Of a stretch of DNA of 64,000 bases, positions 54,401 through 60,855 are shown one piece after another (positions within the stretch are counted from its first letter, which is position 1; every line of letters starts with the position of its first letter). The position numbers and the translations under genes are program-made. Origin of the DNA: Phoronis australis (taxonomy: Eukaryota; Animalia; Phoronida); contig NMRA01000610.1 in the NCBI GenBank assembly GCA_002633005.1, positions 185,134 to 249,133 of the forward strand, in the 5' to 3' direction. The notes beneath the pieces were generated by a model. It saw only the letters and a list, made by a program, of their open reading frames with translations, was not told the DNA's origin and did no database searches.

Positions 54401-57400
54401 GTGCTCCACACGCGGTATGCCTTCTGTACTCTTCACCATGAAGTCGACGAGGTCGTGGAACATGTCGATGGTGTCAGCAAACTGAGGACAGAACTTGGTC
54501 TTCTCAAAATCAGGATCTTTAATCTGAAGTTAAAGAATACATTGATGACAACCAAAACAGCCTCCTTTCTATGCTAGTTTTCAACACAGTTCTTTACAAA
54601 TTGAAATGACATAAATCTTCAAATTTGAAAATACAAGTGACAAAAAAATAAAATCCATTAAAAAACTATTGATAAGAATATTTTTGCTCCAAAATTTTTT
54701 TTAGTGTCAACAAGAGATTTCACTGTTAAAACTTCTCGAAAATTCAAGAAAATAACTACGGTTTTAAAACTTGACATGTTTCGGTGTCATTTATTAAACA
54801 CCATCCTCAGAAGTCATAATACAGTGGCCACCTAGCTAGGCCCAGCAACAAGTAATAGGTGGCCACTGTATTATGACTTCTGAGGATGGTGTTGAATAAA
54901 TGACACCGAAACATGTCAAGTTTTAAAACCGTAGTTATTTTCTTGAATTTATGCTGCTACTTGCTATCATGGAGATCTTCTCGAAAATTACTAATCACTG
55001 TGCGGGGCTCTAGCCAGATTCAACACAGGAGTTAGAATCAAATTTACAATGATCCCACGAGCTATGAATAAAAAAGTCAGGCCAACACTAAATGAATGAT
55101 TTTATGTTTTATAGTTACCATTCCCAAGATATGTACCAAAAGGTCTTCTTAAAAGTGGCACTGAGCATGATTTTGGAGGCTTAAAAATATTTAACTTCAA
55201 ACCAAGATAACACAATTTTATGGTACCATTTAACAAGCCCGATGCATCCTCCCTGTCCCGGCAGCGTAGTCAAAATGAAACTAGCTGTGAGTTCGGGCTA
55301 GGCATATAAAAGGTGAGTTGATAAGCAATCACAGCTTACCATGAAGATGGTGATTGGATGAAACGACTCCTGCGTCGCCAACCCATCAAACAGTGTGTAC
55401 GGTCCTTCGTAGCTGTTGCCCTTACTGTACCCTTCCAGCAGGTCCACAAGGTCACCAACAGAGGTCTCCACACACTGGCGTAGCAGATTGGCCATCAGAG
55501 AAGCTACGCTGTTGAAAAAGTGATCCATCTTGTCCATACGCGATGCCTAGAAAAATAGTGGATTTTTTTTAAACCTACGCTTTGCGTAACGGTCCTCCCA
55601 GAAATAACAAACAAATGCAACCTTGACAGTGACATGTAGTTGGGAATTTACAATAGGTTGAACGTAAATCATTACTATTACTATGAAATGGTGTAAAAGC
55701 ACAATAACAAGCAAATGATACAAATGAATGATTTGATATTAAACCACATTGGATAACGTCATTTCATGAAGAAATCAGAGTCTGTTTTTCGTTTTGGGTC
55801 TTGATGCACATTTCAAAGTTTTGAGATCACGTTGGCAAAAACTAAACATTCTACGCATCTCAAAATCCACACTTGATCCTAATCGATTTCAATATCAAAA
55901 CGTGTTGGATAAACATTATCAGATATCATTCAACGTAATAAGTCAGTTATTCTTTAGTTTTTTATGGCACCATTTTCTGTCTTTGAAATATGTCCAGTGA
56001 CTGAAATTGTAGTTTAGTGGACAGGTCCATACAAGTTATATAACTTGGTGTTACATAAGAAAGAGTAATATTCTTATGCTAACATTGACAGCGGTTTCCA
56101 AAAAATTAATCCAGATATCATAATTCTAGTCCATTGTTAAGTGTTCGGCAATCTTTTGTTTGTACAGCATCACTTCTCACACGCCACGTATCAACCACAC
56201 TTCAGTGTTTTATTGCCGACTAACGTGGTAATTGCTCTGCTTTTCACAAAAGCAAGTTACATCATAGTAATTCCTGATATAGAGGGTGGATGACACTCAC
56301 AGTTCTTGTACAAATTTATACACAACGTTCCAGTTTCGTTAAGTCAGAGTTTTTCACCATTTACAATCCACACTTCAGTGGTTTCATTGCCGGGATGGTA
56401 ATGCCCTGACCTACACAAAAGCAACTTAGATCATTGTTCCTGATAACAAGGGAGGATGATGTTCGTAATTCTTGTACAAATTTATAGATTAAAAAGTGCA
56501 CAAAGTACAAGTTTCTTACATGTTTTTCATTATATAATATCTGGTGTCTGAAATTAGGAAAAAAGGCTTCTACATGTAATCTGTCATGATATTAAAAATA
56601 GTTACATTTATGACAAAAAAATAATAAAATGAACGCAGATTAAATAAAGGACAAAATAAACAAATCTAGTATACATTGATGGACAGTGTCAAAAGCTTTC
56701 TTCAAATACCTGATCTCTCGGCATCCATTTCTCAAGGTCATCCCGTCGCTCGTCAATGATAGCAACACACTCCTGAACCCACTGTGACCGTAGCACCTCA
56801 GCCGCTTTTTCGCTTGCCTTCTTGGAGTGGTCCATGAATTCCTCCATAGTAACAGGCATCAACTTGCGCAGACCCGGGATGTCAATTAGACGGAAGTCAC
56901 CATATCTATGAGGAACGTGTTGTGACGTACATGGTTAGATGAAATAGCACTAACAAAGATTGTGAATACTGATAAAAATGATTCTCTGAGCCATCAGATG
57001 TTTAAATTTCTTATTTTTGGATACAAACATGGACAAAGCGAGTTAAAGCAAAGTGTTTCGCTCATGAGATTAAGGTATCCAGTTTGTGAAAAAATTAAAA
57101 GATTGAATAAAATTTACTCAACAAATTTTCATACATATATGACTACATAACTTGGACGTAGTTCACATCAGCTAAAACAACCTCAAAAAATGGGAAGGCA
57201 TACACAAATATGTAGAAAATAAACAAGTTTAACACACAATTATTTGATAAATTTAATGCATTTGCATTCTCACTGCCTTCAGAAAAGAAAATTATTTAGA
57301 CCAACACCCAATCCACAAGGGTCAGAACAAGTGCCACTCACTTAACATGGAAGTGGTAAAGAATGGCCGGCATAATGGGGTGAGTCATATACACGTCTGC

Positions 57401-60400
57401 TTGCATATACTCTCTCGTCTGCCTGTACATCTCATGCCAAGGGAACGAGAAGCGACCAGCGTCGTGCGATACCTGGGAGGGAAGACAAGAAAGGAGATGC
57501 CTCATAGCTAGTAGTTTACAAACAGAATCTTAAACTGCATTGAGATAATGTCCATAAAACCAAATTTTTAATGGATGACTCAGTGGCCTAGTGGTTCGAG
57601 TGCAGGGCTGACAATTGAAAGGTCACAGGTTCAAACGCCGCCATGCACAAGAAAAGTACAACCCAAGTGCCCACCAAGAGTGTACCAGATTCCCTAAAAA
57701 CGATGTTAGTGACACCTGCAGGTGGCTGGAGAAATGACCCAACTAAAATGTCATGCTAATGTTAATAGGCTAGAGGTTGGTGATAGACCAATAAATTTTA
57801 GAAATGGTGTTTTAACGGTAACTTAGTTGGCAGTGCTAAACTCAAATTGTAGACAAATTCCAGGCAACCAATACATTTCAAAAATGTCCAAATAGCAGAC
57901 TGGACTCATGATAACGAAATGTTTACTGCCTCATTCTCAGCACTCCAAAACGCTGTTAGAAATTGTTTTTAAAATATTCTACTTTTGCATGAGGGGCTAT
58001 GAAAAAATAGGACATTGGTGGTTTTTATAAGGAAAGTTAAAAGTTGCATAAAACAAATTTATAATTTAGAAATCTGGAACAGAATTTTTGAGATTTCATT
58101 TAGAACACGATTATCAACATACCTTAAATTTGTGATAAATTTTTGGCTAAAAAGACAGTCATACGTCAACCCAACTAATGGCAGATTGGCAAAAAGCCAA
58201 AAATCAAATTCTACAGGCTGTCCACTTTCAGAAATTCTTTTACTGACTGAATTAAATCTAGATTTTTGTATATATTTGGCTAAATACAGACATGTAGACA
58301 AGGCAACACATAACCTTAATTCTACCGTCAAAGTTCAGAAGACACAAGACAAACGGAATGTTAGCACAGTACCTTGGAGGGTAGAAAGACACCCAGCACA
58401 GTACCTTGGAGGGTATAAAGACACCCAGCACAGTACCTTAGAGGGTATAAAGACACCCAGCACAGTACCTTGGAGGGTAGAAAGACACCCAGCACAGTAC
58501 CTTGGAGGGTAGAAAGACGCCCAGCCTTTCCTGCTCAACAGGATCCAGAAGAACGTAGTCGATGATTCCCTTACTGACAGCACTGCGATAGTCATCGTCC
58601 ATTTCCTAGAAGAAGATTTCGACCGAGATCAACGGACTTGTGATCAAATGCTTGTGAAATGCATACAAGTCAATTATGGTCAAAAGTGGCAGTCACCGTA
58701 AGCATTACATCACCCCACTCAACATTTCAATAGTTCAGGGAAACTTTTACGAAGATATACATCATTTGGGCACTCCAGAGAAGAACCAGTTTCTAACACA
58801 GTGACCTCAACTTTTGTGTAATTCTCTACTGACTCATAAGACGATCAGCAGCACATCGCACTTGACTACGGCCTAAATTCCAAGAAGGCATTAACTTTTT
58901 GTGTCAGGCCTTGGAATGACCAATGACAAAAAAGAAGAAAATTTTCCAGGTGATATATTGTTTTGAAATAAATAGGCTCGAGTGATAGAAATAGCTTTTG
59001 TGTTGTGAAATTTAACTAAAACAAAAGTAAGGCTTTTGCATGAATTAAGTTAAATAATCATAAAAAGGAGAGGAAAAAAGAAGAAATTGGAAATCAAATA
59101 CGGGTAAATCAAAACCAAAATAGAGGAAATCCGCTTAAAAGAGGGAAATTCCAAGTCGTCCTGTTGGGTGTACAATACCTGAAGGAAGTCTTTAGTAGCC
59201 TCTTTGAGTTCTGTTCGTAACTTTTTTGGCACAAATCTGTAAACACCTTGTATCCAAACATTCTGCAAGGGAGCTATCATCTCTGGCTCTATGGACTTCT
59301 CAACCAACTGGTAGAACCTAACAGAAAATCAATACGAGTCAAGAAAGGCAGATTGTTGGCAAGCAGACATGTCAGTGTCTATGGTTACGACCACAGTCTA
59401 AAACTCACACAGCCCAGGTCTCACAATTTTGTCACAAAATGCACCAAAGTTAAACAAAGAACCATTCTGGAAAAAACAAATTGGCATACTCTATTCTTTG
59501 TAATAATAAAGATCACAAATGTTCAGCAACTTTAAATTCCTAAATTGATTCGCTGCTGAATTTCTTCCGGTTTCCTCCATAATTTTTGTCATAACTAAGA
59601 CTGAAAACTTCGCAGCACTTCCTTTCACCTGATCCTCGCTGTGTCATAAATTCATTTTGTCCGATTTCCTCATGCTTTGCTGCAACAAAACTTAAATGAA
59701 ACCAGACATGTCTCATTTTCTACCTTGCCAAAAATGTCAAGTTCATTGCACAACAACAAGGCTCAGCCAATTTCTGAATTATCCGTGAACTAACTACCTG
59801 GGCAAATCTTGTGGTTCTGGGGTTGTCGGTCGAGAGAGTCCCACTGTAGAGTGATAATATGGAGGGAACTCAACTTCTATCACAGCTTGTGTGGCGGGAT
59901 CGTGACCCCGCGACTGCCCGAAGCTTGTACTCGGCCGGAGTCGTCTCGGTGAGGACTTTTTCATTTCTGAAATGCAATGCATAAAAAGGATGGACTTAAA
60001 AAAGCTTGACCAGTAATCAGTCACATTAAGCCAGTTTCTGATTTCAGTCGCTTGCTACCGGTTTCTGCAACAAGAGCAGACAACAGTCTACAAACTTTTC
60101 CCCAAGAAGAGGACACTTGTTTATTCACTGGCTGAGTGAGTGGACCTAAACAACTTCCAAGCTTGGAATGACGTATCACTCCACAAATAAACAGGTTTGT
60201 GTGATAAAAATATTTTCCGTGTTGTAAAATTTAACTCAAATAAACGTTTTTGCACGAACAAAGTCAAAATGAGGACAAAAAGAGCCAAAAAAAGAGGAAA
60301 CTAGAAATCAAATAAGAGGAAATCGAAGCCAAAAAAGAGGAAATCCTCTTAAAAGAGGAAAATTACAGCCCTTAACTTCAGAACTGCCTTACTCGAGGAC

Positions 60401-60855
60401 ATTCTTAATTAGTCAGCTAAACGACTTTCACCCGTGAGCCCACCGGGACCTGCTGCTAATCACTACGCCACATACGAACAATATAATTATATAAAGTTAT
60501 TTGGAAGAAAATTTCACACTTGCTCAATTTTAACAATTACTCCAGACAAGAGTGAAACAATACCACATTAGTTGAAAACAAAACCTTACGCAACCCGTTG
60601 ACTCGGACTTCGTCCACAAACCCTTGTTTTTATGGGAGTATATTATGCGCCTGTTTTGGAACATGCAAATGCAAAATATGCACGTGTAAGTGTGCACGTG
60701 CATGGGGTACATACCGGGACTCCTCGAGGAGGCACGTCCGCTGTCATTGCTGTCCTCGCCACTCTGTGCCGACCTGGATATTGAACTCCCTGTCTTGGGT
60801 CGCTGTGGAGGTGACGGCACACGCTCCAGTCTTTCCAGCAGACTCGGCGTGTGAC
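367..60855 (-). CDS. DNAH3: Axonemal inner-arm dynein heavy chain, DNAH3-like (DNAH3/7/12 group); 66 traced exons, 3' end outside window, start exon unresolved
   Basis: Spliced frame stays open with matching phases across all GT-AG junctions. P-loops GPAGTGKT (AAA1), GDPIGGKT (AAA2), GPTGTGKS (AAA3), GIGGSGRQS (AAA4); motifs [47 protein letters not shown]. The DNAH3 call rests on recalled similarity ([47 protein letters not shown]). Dynein identity is near certain; paralog call about 0.65. Confidence 0.97.
644..904 (-). CDS. dynein exon 65 (AAA6 lid)
   Basis: MFINEY...[14 protein letters not shown]...TPHPE. Confidence 0.95.
1002..1290 (+). mobile_element. degenerate tRNA-derived SINE
   Basis: A-box-like TGACGCAGTG and B-box-like GGTTTGAATCC at tRNA spacing; T-rich end. 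Confidence 0.5.
1803..1940 (-). CDS. dynein exon 64
   Basis: [39 protein letters not shown]. Confidence 0.95.
2100..2395. repeat. degenerate ~42-bp tandem repeat
   Basis: Recurring aggcac(t)tacc...ggtatt units. Confidence 0.55.
2469..2675 (-). CDS. dynein exon 63 (AAA6)
   Basis: [36 protein letters not shown]. Confidence 0.95.
3040..3126 (-). CDS. dynein exon 62 (AAA6)
   Basis: [29 protein letters not shown]. Confidence 0.95.
3673..3749 (-). CDS. dynein exon 61 (AAA6)
   Basis: (G)[25 protein letters not shown], phase 1 to 0. Confidence 0.95.
4720..5470. repeat. degenerate ~75-89-bp minisatellite
   Basis: atgggcaagg core at 5162, 5251, 5340, 5415; more diverged copies leftward. Confidence 0.75.
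5471..5578 (-). CDS. candidate 108-nt alternative cassette exon
   Basis: CACTAAC branch point, ctgtctag acceptor, gtatgt donor; phase 1-1 and open. Confidence 0.5.
6047..6224 (-). CDS. dynein exon 60
   Basis: MVPAAQAF...[23 protein letters not shown]. Confidence 0.95.
6808..6933 (-). CDS. dynein exon 59
   Basis: [10 protein letters not shown]...LRCLRPDK. Confidence 0.93.
7133..7304 (-). CDS. dynein exon 58
   Basis: [24 protein letters not shown]. Confidence 0.94.
7530..7712. mobile_element. interspersed repeat family X, old copy
   Basis: caactggga...gactaagagcaaggttcacaaag matches 47680-47945 and the reverse complement of 39247-39490. Confidence 0.65.
8204..8364 (-). CDS. dynein exon 57
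   Basis: [24 protein letters not shown]. Confidence 0.94.
8874..9116 (-). CDS. dynein exon 56
   Basis: [10 protein letters not shown]...[12 protein letters not shown]. Confidence 0.95.
9895..10080 (-). CDS. dynein exon 55 (AAA5/buttress)
   Basis: [19 protein letters not shown]...[13 protein letters not shown]. Confidence 0.95.
10580..10696 (-). CDS. dynein exon 54 (AAA5)
   Basis: [21 protein letters not shown]. Confidence 0.95.
11022..11280 (-). CDS. dynein exon 53 (AAA5)
   Basis: FSVDNGII...[12 protein letters not shown]. Confidence 0.95.
11890..12224 (-). CDS. dynein exon 52 (stalk CC2)
   Basis: [16 protein letters not shown]...GDVLLSA...WNIAGLP. Confidence 0.95.
12817..12954 (-). CDS. 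dynein exon 51 (stalk CC2)
   Basis: [25 protein letters not shown]. Confidence 0.92.
13622..13840 (-). CDS. dynein exon 50 (MTBD)
   Basis: [19 protein letters not shown]...[11 protein letters not shown]...VAPKK. Confidence 0.95.
14138..14209 (-). CDS. dynein exon 49 (MTBD)
   Basis: [24 protein letters not shown]. Confidence 0.93.
14639..14797 (-). CDS. dynein exon 48 (stalk/MTBD)
   Basis: [14 protein letters not shown]...[17 protein letters not shown]. Confidence 0.95.
15291..15525. repeat. donor-adjacent 31-bp repeat plus decayed exon-end copies
   Basis: cacactgtacctcaccctactattgctgcac units; copies of the exon 47 3' end near 15291 and 15374. Confidence 0.75.
15526..15708 (-). CDS. dynein exon 47 (stalk CC1)
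   Basis: [15 protein letters not shown]...ESQAIK. Confidence 0.94.
15821..15884. repeat. short imperfect palindrome (MITE remnant?)
   Basis: cctgttggtcac ... gtgaccaacagg with flanking pairing. Confidence 0.7.
16303..16465 (-). CDS. dynein exon 46
   Basis: [16 protein letters not shown]...GLEKL. Confidence 0.95.
16988..17121 (-). CDS. dynein exon 45
   Basis: [15 protein letters not shown]...MCKHFHQSV. Confidence 0.94.
17558..17749 (-). CDS. dynein exon 44 (AAA4)
   Basis: [34 protein letters not shown]. Confidence 0.95.
18238..18333 (-). CDS. dynein exon 43 (AAA4)
   Basis: [21 protein letters not shown]. Confidence 0.94.
18879..19069 (-). CDS. dynein exon 42 (AAA4 P-loop)
   Basis: (G)[13 protein letters not shown]...EWRDDLK. 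Confidence 0.95.
19701..19839 (-). CDS. dynein exon 41
   Basis: [22 protein letters not shown]. Confidence 0.95.
19944..20100. mobile_element. foldback/MITE-like inverted repeat
   Basis: gctgagacatctgattggtt / aaccaatcagatgtcttagc with outer arms aatggc..gattcact / agtgaatc..gccatt. Confidence 0.6.
20379..20555 (-). CDS. dynein exon 40
   Basis: [13 protein letters not shown]...YDEV. Confidence 0.93.
21165..21314 (-). CDS. dynein exon 39
   Basis: [18 protein letters not shown]. Confidence 0.95.
21896..22009 (-). CDS. dynein exon 38
   Basis: [22 protein letters not shown]. Confidence 0.95.
22241..22479 (+). mobile_element. tRNA-derived SINE family A, copy 1
   Basis: A-box TGGCCTGGTTG, B-box GGTTCGAGTCC, AT-rich tail; full-length similarity to 38304-38538. 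Confidence 0.88.
22680..22899 (-). CDS. dynein exon 37, copy A (AAA3)
   Basis: [21 protein letters not shown]; same sequence as 23129-23348. Confidence 0.75.
23129..23348 (-). CDS. dynein exon 37, copy B (AAA3)
   Basis: Same as 22680-22899; 220 nt, so only one copy can be included without a frameshift. Confidence 0.75.
23940..24089 (-). CDS. dynein exon 36 (AAA3 Walker B)
   Basis: RRKGVYGP...FVDDLNMP...[13 protein letters not shown]. Confidence 0.95.
24224..24462 (-). CDS. dynein exon 35 (AAA3 Walker A)
   Basis: [11 protein letters not shown]...[12 protein letters not shown]. Confidence 0.95.
24793..24853. repeat. (CT)n/(CA)n compound microsatellite
   Basis: Directly visible. Confidence 0.8.
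26137..26425. mobile_element. non-autonomous DNA transposon (MITE) family Y, copy 1
   Basis: TIR-like ends gtaaaaattctccgattttggacag / ctgtccaaaactgaaaatttttac; body matches the reverse complement of 34044-34323. Confidence 0.7.
26687..26695 (-). CDS. candidate 9-nt microexon (FMK)
   Basis: tttatttttttacag|TTCATGAAG|gtaact in a phase-0 intron. Confidence 0.5.
26943..27341. mobile_element. old foldback element
   Basis: Arms pair imperfectly over ~150 bp; core cacctgatgacccc / ggggtcatcaagtg recurs at 33886-33994. Confidence 0.65.
27820..27964 (-). CDS. dynein exon 34
   Basis: [21 protein letters not shown]...WHSW. Confidence 0.92.
28523..28798 (-). CDS. dynein exon 33 (with acidic/Pro-rich insert)
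   Basis: [15 protein letters not shown]...[26 protein letters not shown]. Confidence 0.92.
32664..32678 (-). CDS. candidate 15-nt microexon
   Basis: gttttgtgtctctcatattcag|TCAATATGGACAAAA|gtaagt in a phase-2 intron; open frame. Confidence 0.55.
33546..33679 (-). CDS. dynein exon 32
   Basis: [14 protein letters not shown]...[11 protein letters not shown]. Confidence 0.9.
33886..33994. mobile_element. foldback core related to 26943-27341
   Basis: gcatttgatgacccc ... ggggtcattaagtgcaacttaggatt. Confidence 0.55.
34044..34323. mobile_element. MITE family Y, copy 2 (inverted)
   Basis: Aligns to the reverse complement of 26137-26425. Confidence 0.65.
34399..34614 (-). CDS. dynein exon 31 (AAA2)
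   Basis: [10 protein letters not shown]...[13 protein letters not shown]. Confidence 0.95.
34738..35045. mobile_element. old palindromic element with degenerate hammerhead motifs (Penelope-like remnant)
   Basis: ~140-bp imperfect arms; CUGAAGA...CAAAACGUUGGA on + and CUGAAGA...CGAGAUGUUGGA on -. Confidence 0.6.
35074..35204 (-). CDS. dynein exon 30 (AAA2 Walker B)
   Basis: [26 protein letters not shown]; partial duplicate at 35840-35911. Confidence 0.94.
35133..36785. repeat. direct duplication around the 41-N gap (probable uncollapsed haplotypes)
   Basis: 35133-35798 matches 35840-36785; exon parts identical, about 20 intronic SNPs, extra repeat units in the second copy. Confidence 0.88.
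36302..36672. repeat. 91-bp tandem repeat x4 spanning the exon 29 donor
   Basis: Units start at 36302, 36393, 36484, 36581. Confidence 0.92.
36640..36862 (-). CDS. dynein exon 29 (AAA2 Walker A)
   Basis: [16 protein letters not shown]...[13 protein letters not shown]...EWSDG; partial duplicate at 35653-35798. Confidence 0.94.
37241..37405 (-). CDS. dynein exon 28
   Basis: [19 protein letters not shown]. Confidence 0.95.
38088..38231 (-). CDS. dynein exon 27
   Basis: [25 protein letters not shown]. Confidence 0.95.
38304..38538 (+). mobile_element. tRNA-derived SINE family A, copy 2
   Basis: A-box TGGCCTAGTG, B-box GGTTCAAGTCC; TSD taacatca at 38296-38303 and 38539-38546. Confidence 0.88.
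38970..39107 (-). CDS. dynein exon 26 (AAA1)
   Basis: [23 protein letters not shown]. Confidence 0.95.
39247..39490. mobile_element. interspersed repeat family X
   Basis: Close reverse-complement match to 47680-47945 (gaaactgacatacaaggtcagtgaaagcagttctttgtgaaccctgc). Confidence 0.8.
39684..39854 (-). CDS. dynein exon 25 (AAA1)
   Basis: [19 protein letters not shown]. Confidence 0.96.
40287..40406 (-). CDS. dynein exon 24 (AAA1 Walker B)
   Basis: [12 protein letters not shown]...[15 protein letters not shown]. Confidence 0.96.
40411..40493. repeat. ~27-bp tandem repeat x3 next to the exon 24 acceptor
   Basis: aaaatgtccaatagggggcaactacat units. Confidence 0.85.
41303..41411 (-). CDS. dynein exon 23 (AAA1 Walker A)
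   Basis: [22 protein letters not shown]. Confidence 0.96.
41942..42187. mobile_element. inverted-repeat element with one degenerate hammerhead-like motif
   Basis: aacatcatttctaaaatccattgg..aacctccagcct / aggctggaggtt..ccaatagatttttagaaacgatgtt. Confidence 0.5.
42248..42446 (-). CDS. dynein exon 22
   Basis: WISQLRYYW...[22 protein letters not shown]. Confidence 0.96.
42965..43106 (-). CDS. dynein exon 21 (linker)
   Basis: [23 protein letters not shown]. Confidence 0.95.
43660..43812 (-). CDS. dynein exon 20 (linker)
   Basis: [22 protein letters not shown]. Confidence 0.95.
44513..44614 (-). CDS. dynein exon 19 (linker)
   Basis: [15 protein letters not shown]...[11 protein letters not shown]. 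Confidence 0.94.
45519..45804 (-). CDS. dynein exon 18 (linker)
   Basis: [30 protein letters not shown]. Confidence 0.96.
46477..46616 (-). CDS. dynein exon 17
   Basis: [20 protein letters not shown]. Confidence 0.95.
47139..47339 (-). CDS. dynein exon 16
   Basis: YKETGVSIL...[11 protein letters not shown]. Confidence 0.95.
47680..47945. mobile_element. interspersed repeat family X
   Basis: Reverse-complement match to 39247-39490. Confidence 0.8.
48114..48242 (-). CDS. dynein exon 15
   Basis: VGFDMSP...ASKEFALEN. Confidence 0.93.
48648..48836 (-). CDS. dynein exon 14
   Basis: [16 protein letters not shown]. Confidence 0.94.
49584..49778 (-). CDS. dynein exon 13
   Basis: INKEESLL...PYEKLW...WMNGP. 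Confidence 0.93.
50251..50446 (-). CDS. dynein exon 12 (tail)
   Basis: EQKLQREH...EAFNKE; phase 2 to 0. Confidence 0.88.
51233..51363 (-). CDS. dynein exon 11 (tail)
   Basis: [24 protein letters not shown]. Confidence 0.9.
51636..51839 (-). CDS. dynein exon 10 (tail)
   Basis: WLIERARKL...[16 protein letters not shown]. Confidence 0.9.
52184..52239. repeat. 17-bp tandem repeat x3
   Basis: agtccaacatctaacac units. Confidence 0.85.
52974..53178 (-). CDS. dynein exon 9 (tail)
   Basis: [12 protein letters not shown]...[10 protein letters not shown]. Confidence 0.9.
53871..53937. mobile_element. 67-bp MITE, TA TSD (Tc1/mariner-pogo type)
   Basis: Perfect 25-bp TIR ccgtattcgccgtaataaccgccca, flanked by TA on both sides. 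Confidence 0.8.
54270..54523 (-). CDS. dynein exon 8 (tail)
   Basis: IPRVEHFLF...LANSHGPT. Confidence 0.88.
54768..54815 (-). ncRNA. minimal type-I hammerhead ribozyme (inverted copy, sense to the dynein pre-mRNA)
   Basis: Reverse complement of 54875-54922; the single difference lies in the stem II loop. Confidence 0.8.
54875..54922 (+). ncRNA. minimal type-I hammerhead ribozyme
   Basis: GACUU-CUGAGGA-U-[GGUGU..ACACC]-GAAA-CAU-GUC-AAGUU: intact core, stem I and stem II, palindromic ACAUGU stem III. Confidence 0.8.
55340..55546 (-). CDS. dynein exon 7 (tail)
   Basis: [24 protein letters not shown]. Confidence 0.9.
56195..56486. repeat. old direct duplication (~125-bp units)
   Basis: ccacacttcagtg...ttcttgtacaaatttata occurs twice. 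Confidence 0.75.
56710..56905 (-). CDS. dynein exon 6 (tail)
   Basis: YGDFRLIDI...LRSQWVQEC. Confidence 0.87.
57342..57472 (-). CDS. dynein exon 5 (tail)
   Basis: FPWHEMY...YMTHPIM. Confidence 0.87.
57573..57770 (+). mobile_element. tRNA-derived SINE, second family
   Basis: A-box TGGCCTAGTGG, B-box GGTTCAAACGC; 3' end approximate. Confidence 0.6.
58363..58525. repeat. 32-bp tandem repeat x5 spanning the exon 4 donor
   Basis: agcacagtaccttggagggtagaaagacaccc at 58363, 58395, 58427, 58459, 58491. Confidence 0.95.
58501..58605 (-). CDS. dynein exon 4 (tail)
   Basis: [30 protein letters not shown]. Confidence 0.9.
59179..59317 (-). CDS. dynein exon 3 (tail)
   Basis: (R)[17 protein letters not shown]. 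Confidence 0.85.
59798..59966 (-). CDS. dynein exon 2 (low-complexity N-terminus)
   Basis: [17 protein letters not shown]...QDLP; phase 1 to 2 fits neighbours. Confidence 0.75.
60715..60855 (-). CDS. dynein exon 1 of traced set (Ser/Pro/Arg-rich)
   Basis: [21 protein letters not shown]...SRSP; ctag/gtatgt, phase 1-1. Confidence 0.7.

Larger units (their letters stand above)
54740..54976. mobile_element. young palindromic Penelope-like insertion (inverted pLTR fragments plus tail)
   Basis: 95-bp arms 54740-54834 and 54856-54950 with one mismatch; 26-nt tail; 13-bp TSD cttctcgaaaatt. Confidence 0.75.
58980..60372. repeat. two dispersed copies (58980-59157 and 60200-60372) of a purine-rich element end
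   Basis: Shared gtgttgt.aaatttaact...gaaatcaaata...agaggaaatcc.cttaaaagagg. Confidence 0.6.

Noticed and set aside
58015-58595. 165-aa and 86-aa ORFs with repeated peptides
   Set aside because: These are by-products of the 32-bp tandem repeat.
59629-59679. 51-nt segment with good splice sites (ttgttgcag / gtgaaa)
   Set aside because: The host intron is phase 2 and that frame has TGA at the third full codon; the flanking exons join cleanly (QDLP-R-FYQL).
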